Below the pieces are notes generated by a model. It saw only the letters and a program-made list of their open reading frames with translations, did not search any database and was not told the origin of the DNA. This document shows positions 41,041 through 54,521 of a DNA stretch of 64,000 bases, piece by piece. The stretch is from Squalus acanthias (Eukaryota), in assembly GCA_030390025.1 (NCBI GenBank), contig CM059432.1:105216001-105280000 (forward strand). Reading direction: 5' to 3'. How positions within the stretch are numbered: the stretch's first letter is position 1; the number at the start of each line of letters is the position of its first letter. The position numbers and the translations under genes were made by a program.

Positions 41041-41439
41041 TTATCGTCTTACATTCTGCTTTATGTCCTATTTCATAATTCCACAATTATATTTATCAGT
41101 TAACTGCTGTTGGTTTATTTTTCCACAACATTTTAGATGTTAAGGAAACTATTAACAGAATAATATATCTACTGAGAACTGTCCTTTTTGACATACGATA
41201 ATTAAATGTGACTCCATGTCAGCGTTGTTTGACTTGATCCTTCCTACATATTTGGGGCATCAAGGTGAACATGATTTTTAATTCTTTAAAAATTGTTGTA
41301 ATTGCCTTATTAATCGGACATTACATATAGTAATTAAGTGATCTATTGTGAATACAACTTTCCCACTATACTCCAAAGATTTTCAATCAGAAAGCAAATG
41401 CATATCAGCATATGTTGCTTTTACGTTAATTCACAAACA

Positions 41440-41780
41440 CAACAATAACTTACATTTATATTGCATCATTAACTTTGTCCCAAGGCACTTCAGACAAAAA
41501 TGAACATGAAGCCAAAGGAGACAATAGGAGGGGCAACTGAAAGCTTGGTGGAAGAGGTAGGTTTTAAGGGAGAAGGTGGTGGAGAGGTCTAGGATGGGAA
41601 ACTCCAAAGGATAGGTCCTAGATGGCTGAAAGCACAGCTGCCCATGGAGGGGTGGAGGGCGGGGTTGCGCAAGAGGCTAGAGTTGGAGGAACGCAGAGTT
41701 CTCGGGGGAAGGGTTGTCGAGCTAGAGGAAGTTAGAGATAGGGAGGGGCAAGGCCATACAAGGGATTAAAACATGAAGGG
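41440..41780 (-). mobile_element. L2-type 3' fragment
   Basis: Reverse-complement similar to 11390-11720. Confidence 0.7.
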
Positions 41781-42097
41781 AGTATTACAACACAAGTACT
41801 TCAGAATTACAAAAATGAAGTAAAAGTTTCTATTCTTTTCAATGTCATTTCAGAAATTACACAAGGAATGTTGGTAAATACAAACTGGATATAAAAAGGT
41901 TAAAAAATACATCACATTTATTTAGTCAGCAAGGGCATAATTATTGAACCCATTTTTTATTTCACTTTTTCTGTAGTTAGTGTACATTGTAATAAAACTT
42001 ATCCAGATAAAAAGATTTATTTTTCCTTAATCCTGGCTTTAGAATAATTACTACACTACTTCAAAACTATTCTTATCTTGACATGAAATAGGTCCTA

Positions 42098-42400
<303 letters not shown>

Positions 42401-42664
42401 CTAATCACAACTGAAATGGTTAAAGTTTACACTAATACAAGGCAATCTATTTCAGTTGAGAGAATTAAACTCATACTATATGATTACCTTTATCCCGATG
42501 AGCTAGATTTTGAAACTCAAAATGGTTCTCAACTGAAGTACATACTCTTCAGTTTTCAAATCTTGTTTGCTGATAGTTAATAGAGATCTACTAGTCATAC
42601 ACACACTAGAAACATATTATACACACCATTAAACTTGCATTATAAAAGTGTCCTTAGACAGATA

Positions 42665-42761
42665 CAGCCTTCATTCCAAGGGGTAATCACTAGAATTATA
42701 GATATATTATGTATGCATATAAATTTATAGTTCTAGTGATTACACCCTGGAGTGGAGGTTG
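42665..42761. repeat. Imperfect inverted repeat (hairpin)
   Basis: CCAAGGGGTAATCACTAGAATTATA (42676-42700) pairs with TATAGTTCTAGTGATTACACCCTGG (42726-42750). Confidence 0.8.
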
Positions 42762-42803
42762 GTGCAAGTGATTTCAGCTTTGTACAGATGGCTAAATTGG
42801 CAG

Positions 42804-43579
42804 TGTAAGAAATCGTGGCTTGAAAGAAATAATAGTCTGTTACGGGTTCCCTAGATTAACAGTTTGCCTAATTGATGACACAGAAAGATTCCAGTCATGT
42901 CAGAAAAATAGCTGTAGAGAGCTGAATTACGAGGTCAGAACACAAAAACAGGCCTTCCAGTGGGCATAACTAGGGCTGATAAGAGATGCAGCAAGGAGCT
43001 GTAGGATAAACAAGCTGTCTACGAGAGGGCAACAAGAACAGAGATAAGGAGGAAAATGACCTCATGAGGCTGGGAGGGGGCTGTTATAGGTAGCCTCTCC
43101 CTTGTAATTGGACGATGGGATGGGTAAAAATGATAGACACCAGGTATCCACCAGCCCGCTGAAATAACGTATAAAAATAAAGGACCGAGAAAGAAATAGT
43201 CAGGCAGTTAGGGGGCGAAGGCTTCCCAGAGGTGGCTATGGCCTAACACCTTGGTCAAGTTCAGCCTCTGAGGTGGCTGACGGCCTATCACCTCCAACAG
43301 CTCGAGGGATGACCCAACGGAAGTGACCGCTGCAGCAGACTGCAGGAATCCACCCAATCCGAGACTATCGTACTGCCTCACCGTCCGTCCGGTTGTTTCG
43401 TTCCGTTCCAGGGTTGTAGATCGCCCTCATCTGTCACGGGTTGTATGTCTACTGTATCGATTTCAATCGCATGTAGTAATATCTGAATATGCTTTAAACT
43501 GTAGCTCTTTAATAAAAAGCCTTACAACTCCTAAGACCCTTTGGGTAATCTGTGTGTGACCTGTGATCCTAATCTTACA
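42804..43579 (+). mobile_element. Solo LTR (776 bp)
   Basis: TGTAAGA..TCTTACA termini, 4-bp TSD GCAG, TATAAAA at 43170-43176, AATAAA at 43511-43516. Confidence 0.9.
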
Positions 43580-45674
43580 GCAGTGCAAATCTAGAGTCAG
43601 GGCCCAACTTAACTCAAAGCAAAGCAAGTCTACCTGGTGGAGTTACCTCACAGCACTCGAGTTTGACTCTATACAAGTGTAGATCCAGTGGGGTATCAAA
43701 TCTGGTCTGCACGGTGCTCAGAAGGACCACTGTACATTTTGTAATTAAGGTCAGGCATGTTTACAAGTCGAAAGAACAGAGATTCCCCTCTTCTCACTCA
43801 ACATTTACATTTTTTACTTTTGGGAGACAGCTCTGCCCAAGTGTATATCCAGGAATGCAAAGTTCTCTCCTATACCGTATAGTTAAAGTGCTTGGCTCCT
43901 GCTAGGCTAGAAATGTAAAAAGGCTGCTGTCTGGCTGGAAGCTGAACTGCAGCTACTGGTCTCAGCTGCAATGTAATGCCTAGGCGTCAGAAACAAATCT
44001 ATTTGTCATTTGACAATTAATGGACCATTTGTAAATCAAAGTGAATCGTTGTGTCAAATTGCTCTCAACTGAAGTACATTTGCAAAACAGAATGTATTTG
44101 CATGGGAAGAATGTTCAGCCCATTCAATTGGATATGAAAGCCAAAGGTCTTGTTTGCAGCAGCTTGTGGATTTTGAGCGTAACACTAGCTTTGGAAATAA
44201 CCAACATTTAAAGGCTGAACAAAAAGCAATTTGCTGCAGATTCTGGAACAGGAACCACTCAATGACAAGCGACAGGGAGCTCGGAGTTGCACTTGCAGAC
44301 AGAATGGAGGCATTCGACCAAGTATTGTGTTTGGTCTTCTCGATGTAGAGGAGAAAGACGGCTAGTTTCTCAAAGTTAGATACTCATGATCAGCACTGTC
44401 CAAAACTTCCTTATTTGGCACAACACCACCACAATATTCCCCACCTACTTGATAGTTAAACCAAATCCAAACCTGTACTAGAGTAAGTTTAATGCTTCAT
44501 ATTAATTGAACTTATTTGAATGGCTATCCCAGAACTGTAACGATGCTGACTTCATTCTTTTTGCCTAGGGTAATTTTCTTTGTTGCTTACAATTGATTTT
44601 ATAAGATGATCAATAAACTCAAATAGTAAAGCAGTGGAAAATACAAATAAGGTATTTAAGTCACTGTAAATCAATATCTTTATGGCACAAATTTATTCAA
44701 CATTAAAGAAAAATTACAATAACCTTTTAAAGAACTACTAAAACTAGAAATCTTGCACACAGCAAACAAGATTTATTAGTCAAAGAGAAACCAGAAGAGA
44801 AGGTTGCTGAATGGCATATTCAGCTTTAAGGTTCTGAAAGTATGTACAGAAGGTTTCTAGTATGCACTTGCAAAAGAAACAAACATTCTGTCAGAAAGCC
44901 ATTTATTTGCTTTCTCTAGTGAAGAAAATTTGTTTTAGGCTATTGAGTTACATATGTTTGTCCTTGTACAGTTACTTAACAGCTATGCTGTTGGTTCCCA
45001 GGCCCTACTCTGAAAAGAAATACTATCCCATGACAGGAAATTAATAATACCTTAAAATTTGACTTAATGTGTATAAACATGCAGATAGACAATGGAAAGA
45101 TAAACTTCTCAAGTGCACAGGATGTTGGAGGGAAAGAGTCAAATCTACTTTAAAAAGCAAATAGAAATAAACAGTAATATTAAAAAGTAAAAGAAAAATC
45201 TTGCAGTTTGTATTCAATGAAGGGAGGGATTAAATTTAAAGCATGACCGCAACCTGGCTCCAACGCGGCCACTTCCGGGTTTAACTGAGGTGCGTTTGGC
45301 TGCGTGCGAGTAACAAGCTTGCGAGAGGCAGCGCGATCATTACGACAGGCGGACTGGTAATTAGCACTACCATCAACATTGGTAGCACATGATAATGAGG
45401 TGATTTTCAATTTAAACAGGCATTTGAATTTAACACCTCTAGCGTGAGTTTCCTGGGGCTTGTAAAATTCGCCAGTGAAAAGGCGGCAAGATTGAGCTGC
45501 ACTTCATGGAGGTGTTTAGAGTTCAGATTGCCTGATCTCAATTAAGGCTCAGTGCTTACAGTTGCTTTGTCAGTTCCCTCTGGAAAACATTTTGCAGAGA
45601 GTTCTTGTCAGCAGAGAGGTTTTGGGGAAGTTTGGAAGCTTTCAAAACGGACAACAGTAGGGTGGGGGGTGCCA

Positions 45675-46850
45675 TGGATGTTTGAGAAAGGACATCGGAA
45701 GAAGACGACAATCACCATCCACGGCAGTGATGTTGGGCAGGTGCACAAGAGAGGTGCACAACACAGATGTGGAGAACAGCAGAGAGGAGAGCAACAGAGG
45801 GCACAGGAGGCACTACCCACGCGAGAGGGGCTACCGACAAGAGGCTCAACTTCCTTAACCTATTTGAAGAGCAGTGCTTCCGCAGGCTCTGATTGGCACG
45901 ATAGGTGGTCGCAGACATTTGCAGCCTCCTTCAAGACGAGCTGATCCCTGCTGGACCTGATGGCCATGCATTGCCCATTGCCGTCAGTCACCACGGCCCT
46001 CACTTTCTTTGCTTCTGGCTCCTTCCAGTGCGCCAGCAGACAAGAGGATCTCTCAGTTGGCGGTACATAAATGTATAAGGTAGGTCACGGATAGTTTGTG
46101 TGCCAGGACACTCGACTTATGTCAACTTCCCTAGTGACGACAATAGACAGAATGAGCAGGCAATCGCATTTGCCTCTCTGACTGGCTTCCCATAGCTACA
46201 GGGTGCACACATGTGGAAATCCAAGGACTACCAGATCAGCCACAGGGGATTTCATTCCATCAAAGCACAGCTGCTGTGCAACCACAAGAAGAGGTTCATG
46301 CAGGTGTGTGCCAGATTCCTTAGGAGCTGTTATGATGCATCCATACTGCAGCAGTCCAACATTCCAGACCTTTTTGTTCCAGGAAACAGACTTAAGGACT
46401 GGCTCATAGGAGAGAAGGGATACCCCATTCAAACTTGGCTCATGACACCTGTGATGAATGCCAACTATGAGGCATAGGAACACTACAGCGAGAGTCACCA
46501 CCAGGTGTGTCATCAAGCAAGCCATCGGCATGTTGAAGATGCGCTTCAAGTGCCTAGATTGGTCTAGAGGCGCCCATCAGCACTCGCCAGTGAGGTTGTC
46601 CAGAATCATAGTAGTGTGCTGTGTCCTGCACAACATTGTGCAGCGGAGAGGATTAGAGGTGAAGGACAACCAAGGCCCTCATCAGGCATCTTCTGATGAG
46701 GAGAACATTGAAAAGGAGGAGGAGGTGGTGGTGGTAGAGGAGAACATGGAGGAGGTAGAGGATGATGAGGATGGGGACTATGAAGATGGGGCACTATTGC
46801 CAGACCAGTTGCGTACATTGCTGCCCGGGGTGCCAGAAACGCCCTCATAG
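45675..46850 (+). pseudogene. Harbinger DDE transposase (HARBI1-like), frameshifted
   Basis: RGFHSIKAQLLCN..CARFLRSCYDASIL..WLIGEKGYPIQTWLMTP; TRCVIKQAIGMLKMRFKCLD..IIVVCCVLHNI; acidic tail. Confidence 0.92.
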
Positions 46851-47059
46851 CTCGAAGGTTCAGTTAGTTATTCCGACTAGAAAAAATAATAAAAGCCACC
46901 GCCACCACAAACACCCAATACCTTTGCACAAAACAGTCCTTCAACCACACAGACCCATTGCACATCCGGCCAATGGGTCCCGTCATGTATTAACTTTCAT
47001 CATGAAGCAAGAGAAAGGGCGAATTTGCACTCGGGATGCAATAACGGGCTAGATGTGGA

Positions 47060-47325
47060 AGTGGTGGTGGTGAGCCGCCTTCTTGAACCACTGGTGAAGG
47101 TACTCCCAACAGTGCTGTTAGGGAGGGAGTTCCAGGATTTTAACCCAGCGACGATGAAGGAACGGCGATATATTTCCAAGTCAGGATGGTGTGTGACTTG
47201 GAAGGGAACTTGGCGGTGGTGGTGTTCCCATGCGCCTGCTGCCCTTGTCCTTCTAGATTTGGGAGGTGCTGTTGAAGAAGCCTTGGCGTGTTGCTGAAGT
47301 GCATCTTGTAGATGGCGCACTTGTA
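47060..47325 (-). mobile_element. Second-family LINE 3' fragment inside Harbinger 1
   Basis: Similar to 9170-9400. Confidence 0.75.
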
Positions 47326-47329
47326 GAAG

Positions 47330-48225
47330 TGCGAGTATTTGCGCAGATGCATGGCTGTATGTCCTGTGACTGTGCACCCTCAGAAGGAACGAGTTCCTCT
47401 GAGGAATTGTCCTCATGCATCTCCAGCGACTCTTCTTCTACACGTGAAGGCCCTGGAAGACAAAAGAAAGAGATATGAATTCGTCGTGGCAAAGTAACAA
47501 TCACCACACTCAGGTTTCTCATAGTTCAGTCATTGAAATAAAGTCAGCACGCGTGTCAGATATTTTTAATTCTGTCACCAGGCATCTGCGAGTTCCCTGT
47601 CTCTCCAGCTCCGATTGAGAGGGACGCAGATGTGTCCCTTATTGCCATGGCCTCCTTCTCTGCATCGGTGAGCTGCACAATCTGGTGAGCCACCTTCAGT
47701 CCTCACCCCCTCATTTTGCTCTCTCTTCTTCTACAAGAGGTGAAAAATAGACCTGTAAGTGACTGAAGGCCCGGTATTCACTCGATGGATACAGTGCATT
47801 TGGTGAGGGTGACTATCCGACAGATGCATCACATTGCATAAGGATTGGGGTGAGTGGCAATGGCGGATGGATACATGGGGAGCATAGGAAGGGAAGGATG
47901 GGTGCTGCTGAAACTTAAGTGGGTGTGAGGAGTGATGTATGTTTGGCAAGACAGAGTGAAAAGGAGGGTGGGGTGAATCAGCAAACGTACTCACTTTTCC
48001 TGACCTGGTTAGGTCATTAAACCACTTCCTGCACTGCATCCATGACCTGCGCACAACGCTCCTGCTGCTCACCTCCTCCAACCGCGCCTTCTTGGTGAGA
48101 GCCGCAGGTTTCTTCCCCCCCATTGCTGGGAAAAATATGTCCCTCCTGCTCCTGGCTGCACCCAGCAGTAAGTCCAGGGAAGCATCATTGAACCTGGGTG
48201 CTGGCTTTGCTATTTGTGAATCCAT
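47330..48225 (-). pseudogene. Harbinger Myb/SANT-like gene, three exon remnants (48225-47995, 47730-47579, 47452-~47330)
   Basis: MDSQIAKPAPRFNDASLDLLL..RRSWMQCRKWFNDLTRSGK|gtgagt; GT-AG junctions visible. Confidence 0.85.
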
Positions 48226-48834
48226 CCTAACCACCACCTGGCTCCTCCAAATTCCATTTCTGCATTGGCCCTTTAAATAGTGGACTTCAGATCCCATCAT
48301 GCAGGTGCGCATCGTGCCCTCTGCACAGTTTGGAGATGCACAACCCGGAAGGAAAAATTTAATGATTCAATCAAGTAGAAATCAGAGAATCCCAAGTTTA
48401 CTTCCAGTTTCATGCATGCAATTCCGATCCCCCCTCCAAACAGAACCCGTTTTTGCATTAATATCGGGGCCAATTAAACTTTTTGGAAGAAAATATAGTT
48501 AGTCCTCTGCCTTCAACTTAGGTCTTCTTCAATGCTATGTTTTCCCACCTATCTTCAGTAACTGCCACAGAGTAAACTTTATGGATTTGTCATGCCAAGA
48601 ATGCTTTGAGTGTGCTATATATTTCATCCGACTCTGTTCGTACATGAGATGGCCTTTTCCTGTGCCACACAAAGCATTGCCATATTCCCAGTTCTTTCCA
48701 CGAAGGATGCAATTTGTTTGGTTAATCTCTTCCATAATTCAGAAACAAGGTGCTTCCGGGAAAGTAAGTGTCTTGGCACATAAAAAGTTATTTAAAAAAT
48801 TGAGAATCTATGTTTTCTTATTTATTCCCCATTA

Positions 48835-49947
48835 ACCAACATCCCAGACTCCTCCATTACCATCCCGGTGATTGTCCTGTCCCACCAGCAGGACAGACCC
48901 ACCAGAAGATGGGGCACGGTGGTATACAGTCGGAAGGGAGTGGCCCTGGGAGTCCTCAACATAGACTCCAGACCCCATGAAATCTCTTGGGTTCACGTCA
49001 AACATGGGCAAGAAAAACTCCTGCTGATTACCTACCACCGTCCCTCAGCTGATGAATCAGTACTCCTCCATGTTGAACACCACTTGGAAGCACTGTGGGT
49101 AGCAAGGGCACGCTGGGGGACTTCAAAGTCCATCACCAAGAGTGGCCCAGTAGTACCACCACCGACTATGCTGGCAGAATCCTGAAGAACATCGCTACCA
49201 GACTGGGCTTGCAGTAGGTGGTGAGAGAACCAACACAAGGGAATAACCTACTTGACCTTGTCCTCACCAATCTACTTGTCGCAGATGCATCTGTCCACGA
49301 CAGTAATGGGAGGACTGACTACCGCACAGCCACTGTGGAGATCAAGTCCCATCTTCACCCGGAGAACACCCTCCATTGTGTTGTGTGGCACTACCACCGT
49401 GCTAAGTGGAATATATTCAGAACAGATCTAGCAGCTGAAAACTGAGCATCCATGAGGTGCCGTGGGCCATCAGCAGCAGAATTGTATTTCACCACAACCT
49501 GCAACCTCATGGCCCAGAATATCCCACATTCCTCCATCACCATCAAGCCAAACAACCAACCCTGGTTCAATGAAGAGCGTAGCAGAGCATGCCAAGAGCA
49601 GCACCAACCTAGTGAAGCTACAACACATGACAAGATGCATGCTAAACAGCGGAAGCAGTATGCTTATAGACAGCTAAGCGATCCCACAACTAACGGATCC
49701 GATCATAGCTCTGCAGTCCTGCCACATCCAGTCATGAATGGTGGTGGACAATTAAGGAATTAACAGGGAGGAGAAGACTCCATGAACATCCCCATCAATG
49801 GCAGAACACAGCACGTGAATGCAAAAGACAAGGCTGAAGTGTTCGCAAAAAGTGCTGAGTGGATGATCCGCCAGATCTCATTACAGCCTTGGTCCAAACA
49901 TGGACAAAAAATGAGCTGAATTCCAGAGGTGAGGTGAGAATGACTGC
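48835..49947 (+). mobile_element. Second CR1-like LINE family, endonuclease region
   Basis: PHEISWVHVKHGQEKLLLITYHRPSADES; VREPTQGNNLLDLVLTN. Confidence 0.8.
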
Positions 49948-50238
49948 CAAAAATGGGCACGGGGATCACGATGTGCGATCAGCCCGCAACCTTTGAAAGT
50001 ACTGCAGGCAGCACGAGACATTCGTGCAGCCTGCTAATGAACATTATTGATGAGTGCAGCCCAGCGACGAGAGTGCTGCGGAGTGGCTGAGCACTCAGCA
50101 GGGGGCCCAAGTTCGTGTGAGACTAGCTCTATTTAAAGCTAGCCTCTACTTTTAAACAGTCTGCACTTCCTAAAGGGGAGGTGCATTCTGCATTCAACAC
50201 CTCATTATATTTGTTATCAAGGTAACTGTAAGGCAGTT

Positions 50239-51994
50239 ATGGCACAGTGCAGAGAAAGGGCACCTAGGTTCTCAGACGCAGCTCTGGAGGCCTTAGTACA
50301 GGGGGTTGAATGGAGGAGACAGGTCCTCTACTCTCAGTAAGGCGGCAGTGGGTGCAGATAGCTGAAGCGGTCACTGCCAGCAGTCTTGGCCCGAGGACCT
50401 GGATCCAGTGCCGCAAAAAGTTTAATGATCTCACACGAGTGATCAAGGTGAGTGAATGCATCTTCAAATGCCATATCCCACCAACTGCACCACTAGCCTC
50501 ACACACTGCTCAATGCACCACACCCTCATTACTCACCTACCAACAATCCCTATCAATCACAACTCATACCTCACAATCATAGCTTCACCTCACCCGCACA
50601 CACTTACCACTACTGCAAGCCTCACACCCACATCTCACACCGACAGCTATTCAACCATGGCAGGCACATCACCCAAACACATTGCACCACACTCCCTAAC
50701 ACAGATCCCTTTCTCTTGCAGGCCAAGGTGGCTAACATCTGCCGTGAGCAGCAGGAGGGGAAGCATGTCTTCAAAACTTCACTGCGCTGGATGAGATGGT
50801 GCTGGAGATCACTGGAGGGTCCATCAGAGGCCAGGACGATCGGCGAGGTCGAAACCATTGAAGATGATGGTATGTTTATACCAAATCCTCCTTCTCACAT
50901 CCCACTTTCCCCTCATCCCACAATCTCTTCTCACTTACAAGCTACTGATGGTGTAAGGATGCATATTTTGCTTCTCCCCCCCACCACCCCCCTCCTCCAC
51001 CCTATCCTTGTGCCTTTCTCCTTTCAGATACCAAAGAAGTCCAACCTGCCCAGCCAGCGCAGGAAGAGCAAGAGGAGAGTGATGGAGAAGAGAGACAGTC
51101 ACTCGCAGGCACCATGCATACTTTAGAATGTAGAATAGAGGCGGTATCTGCGCGTGGGGAATCATCGGGCATGACTGGCCTGCAGCCAGGGCAGGGGGAA
51201 AGGGTAGCACAGGTGCCAGCTCCCCGGAGGGTGAGGTCACACACACGTTCTGCTGTAGAGGACTCAGATGAGGATTTCGATGAGGTGGCCTTCAGAAGAA
51301 GGGTGATGGGCATGCATACAGTAATACTTGGCACATTGGCAGGCCTGCCAGAGAGCCTGTTGTCACTGTCAAGGAACACAGAGGAGTCCGGCTCCAACCT
51401 TGCGCAGGGCTTTGCGCAGAGCTTGGAGCCCATAATTTCCAGGATGGAAGTGATGGGCAAGTGCATTAGAGCACTTGTGGACCCAAGCATGATGCAGGGT
51501 CAGATGGGCAATGTCAGGGCTTCCATTGCAGCACAAGCAGAAGTGACCCAATGTCTGAGTGCTGTAGTGGAAGCTCAGACTGCTGCCATCGTGACTACAT
51601 TTACCAGTGTGGAAAGGGGCTTGCAGAGTGTTACAGCAGTACAGCAAACTGTCCTTCAAAAGATTACTAGGATTGCTGAGGCGTGGGCCCGGGGGAGTGG
51701 CAATGGCTCTGTGGAGCACAAACCTACTGTCCTCTCTCAGGATGACAGCATTCGTACTGCCACTGCCACTCCTGCCAGTGCCCTCGCTGTTGCCCATCAG
51801 GCAGTCAGCACAGACTTCTGCCGCCCATGCCAAGGTGGTGCAGTCTAGAGCTGGGCCTACTAGGCCCAGAGTTGCTCATGGTCGCCTTGCAAGGCCATCT
51901 GGAGTCTCCCCCACTGAAAGTCAGCAGCCTTCCACCAGCCATGCTGCAGCCACTGGGGTAGCACTTTGTAGGAGCACGAGGACAGGCAAAGACA
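50239..51994 (+). pseudogene. Harbinger Myb/SANT-like gene, exons 50239-50447, 50722-50869, 51028-~51994
   Basis: MAQCRERAPRFSDAALEALV..WVQIAEAV..PRTWIQCRKKFNDLTRVIK|gtgagt..cttgcag|AKVANI..DG|gtatgt..tttcag; frameshifted. Confidence 0.88.
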
Positions 51995-54320
51995 CACCAA
52001 CCAGGGAACAGGCTATCTTGGATCTGGTACTGTGTAATGAGACAGAATTAATAAATGATCTCATAGTAAAGGATCCTCTAGGAAAGAATGATCATAACAT
52101 GGTTGAATTTCAAATTCAGTTGGAGGGTGTCCTGATCTTAAACAAAGGCAATTACAATGGTATGAGGGCAGAACTGGCTAAAGTGGACTGGAAAAATAAA
52201 TTAAAAGGTCAGACAGTTGAAATGCAGTGGTGGACATTTAAGGAGATATTTCATAACTCTCAACAAAAATATATTCCAGTGAGAAAGAAAGATTTTGAGA
52301 GAAGGGAGCACTATCCGTGGCTAACTAAGGAAGTAAAGGATGGTATCAAACTGAAAACGAAGGCATACAATGTTGCCAAGATTGGTGGGAGGCCAGACGA
52401 TTGGGAAATTTTTACAAACCAGCAAAAGGATGACTAAAAAAAGAAAAAAAAATGAATTATGAGAGTAAACTGGCAAGAAATATTAAAACAGAAAGTAAGA
52501 GCTTCTACAGGTATATAAAAAGGAAGAGGGTAGCTAAAGTAAACATTGGTCCCTTAGAGGATGAGAATGGGGAATTAATAATGGGGAACGGGGAAATGGC
52601 TGAGACTGAACAAATATTTTGTATCTGTCTTCACGGTAGAAGACACTAACAACATCCCAATAATGGATAATCAGGGGCCACAGGGAGGGGGGGAACTAAA
52701 GACAATCACGATCATTAAGGAAAAAGTACTTGGTAAAATAATGGGACTAAAAGATGACAAGTCCCCTGGACCAGATGGCCTGCATCCCAGGGTCGTAAAA
52801 GAAGTGGCTGCAGAGATAGTGGATGCATTGGTTGCAATATACCAAAATTCCCTGGACTCTGGAGAGGTCCCAGTGGATTGGAAAACCGCAAATGTAACAC
52901 CCCTATTTAAGAAAGGAGGGAGACAGAAAGCAGGAAACTATAGACCAGTTAGCCTAACATCTGTCGTTGGGAAAATGCTGGAGTCCTTCATCAAGGAAGC
53001 AGTAGCAGGGCATTTGGAAAATCATAATGCAGTCAAGCAGAGTCAGCATGGTTTTATGAAAGGGAAATCATGTTTAACAAATTTGCTGGAGTTCTTTGAG
53101 GATGTAACGAGCAGGGTGGATAAGGGTGAGCCAGTGGATGTGGTGTATTTGGCTTTCCAGAAGGCATTCGATAAGGTGCCACATAAAAGGTTACTGCATA
53201 AGATAAGAGCTCACAGAGTTGGGGGTAATATATTAGCATGGATAGAGAATTGGCTAACTAACAGAAAGCAGAGAGTCGGGATAAATGGGTCATTTTACGG
53301 TCGGCAAACGGTTACAGGGATCGGTGCTGGGGCCTCAACTATTTACAATCTACATTAATAACTTAGATGAAGGGACCGAGTGTAATGTAGCCAAGTTTGC
53401 GGATGATACAAAGATGGGTGGGAAAGCAAGTTGTGCAGAGGACTGAAAGAACCTGCAAAGGGATATAGACAGGCTAAGGTGAGTGGGCAAACATTTGGCA
53501 GATGGAGTATAATGTATGAAAGTACGAGGTTATCCACTTTGGCAGGAAAAATAAAAAAGCAAATTATTTAAAAGGAGAGAGATTACAAAATGCTACAGTT
53601 CAGAGAGACCTGGGGGTCCTTGTGCATGAAACACAAAAAGTTAGCATGCAGGTACAGCAAGTAATCAAAAAGGCAAATGGAATGTTGGCCTTTATCGCAA
53701 GGGGGTTGGAGTATAGAAGCAGGGAAGTCCTGCTACAACTGTACAAGGTATTGGTGAGACCACACCTTGAGTACTGCGTACAGTTTTGGTCTCCTTATTT
53801 AAAGAAGGATATACTTGCATTGGACGCAGTTCAGAGACGATTCACTAGGTTAATTCCTGAGATGAGGGGGTTGACTCATGATGAAAGCTTCGGCCTATAC
53901 GCATTGGAATTTAGAAGAATGAGAGGTGATCTTATTGAAACATATAAGATACTGAGGGGGCTCGACAAGGTAGATGCAGAGAGGATGTTTCCCCTCGTGG
54001 GGAAATCTAGAACTCAGGGGCATAGTTTCAGAATAAAAGGGTCACCCTTTTAGAACTGAGATGAGGAGGAATTTCTTCTCAGAGGGTCGTAAATCTGTGG
54101 AGTTCTCTGCCCCAGAGAGCTGTGGAGGCTGAGTCATTAAATACATTTAAGGTGGAGATAGACAGATTTTTGCAAGATAAGGGAGTGAAAGGTTATGGGG
54201 AGCGGGCAGGGAAGTGGCTTTGAGCCCAAGATCAGACATGATCTTATTGAATGGCGGAGCAGGCTCGAGGGGTCAAGTGGCCTATTCCTGCTCCTATTTA
54301 TGTTTTTATATTCTTATTAG
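51995..54320 (+). mobile_element. 5'-truncated CR1 ORF2
   Basis: PTREQAILDLVL through RT ([30 protein letters not shown]) to tail; flanked by AAGACA (51989-51994, 54321-54326). Confidence 0.95.
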
Positions 54321-54521
54321 AAGACAGGCACTAAGGGAATGCACAGGGGTGATTTGTTGACTTTATTATGGAGTATTAGATTGATTGATTTATAAATGGG
54401 GTTTAGAATGTTTGTTTTGTGGTGGCTTTCATTTCAGAATTGTGGCCAAGGTGACCCTGTGATATTCCGTGACAGAGGGATTGTAAGGTGGGGAAGTTTT
54501 GAGCAACGGGGATGTGGGGTT

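Larger units (their letters stand above)
45225..48471. mobile_element. Decayed autonomous-type PIF/Harbinger transposon 1
   Basis: Convergent transposase (+) and Myb/SANT (-) remnants; right end ATATCGGGGCC followed by AAT; left end uncertain. Confidence 0.85.

Noticed and set aside
46211..46850. Domesticated host HARBI1 gene
   Set aside because: Frameshifts, stops and altered catalytic motifs (GEKGY, KQAIG), inside a transposon with a Myb partner.
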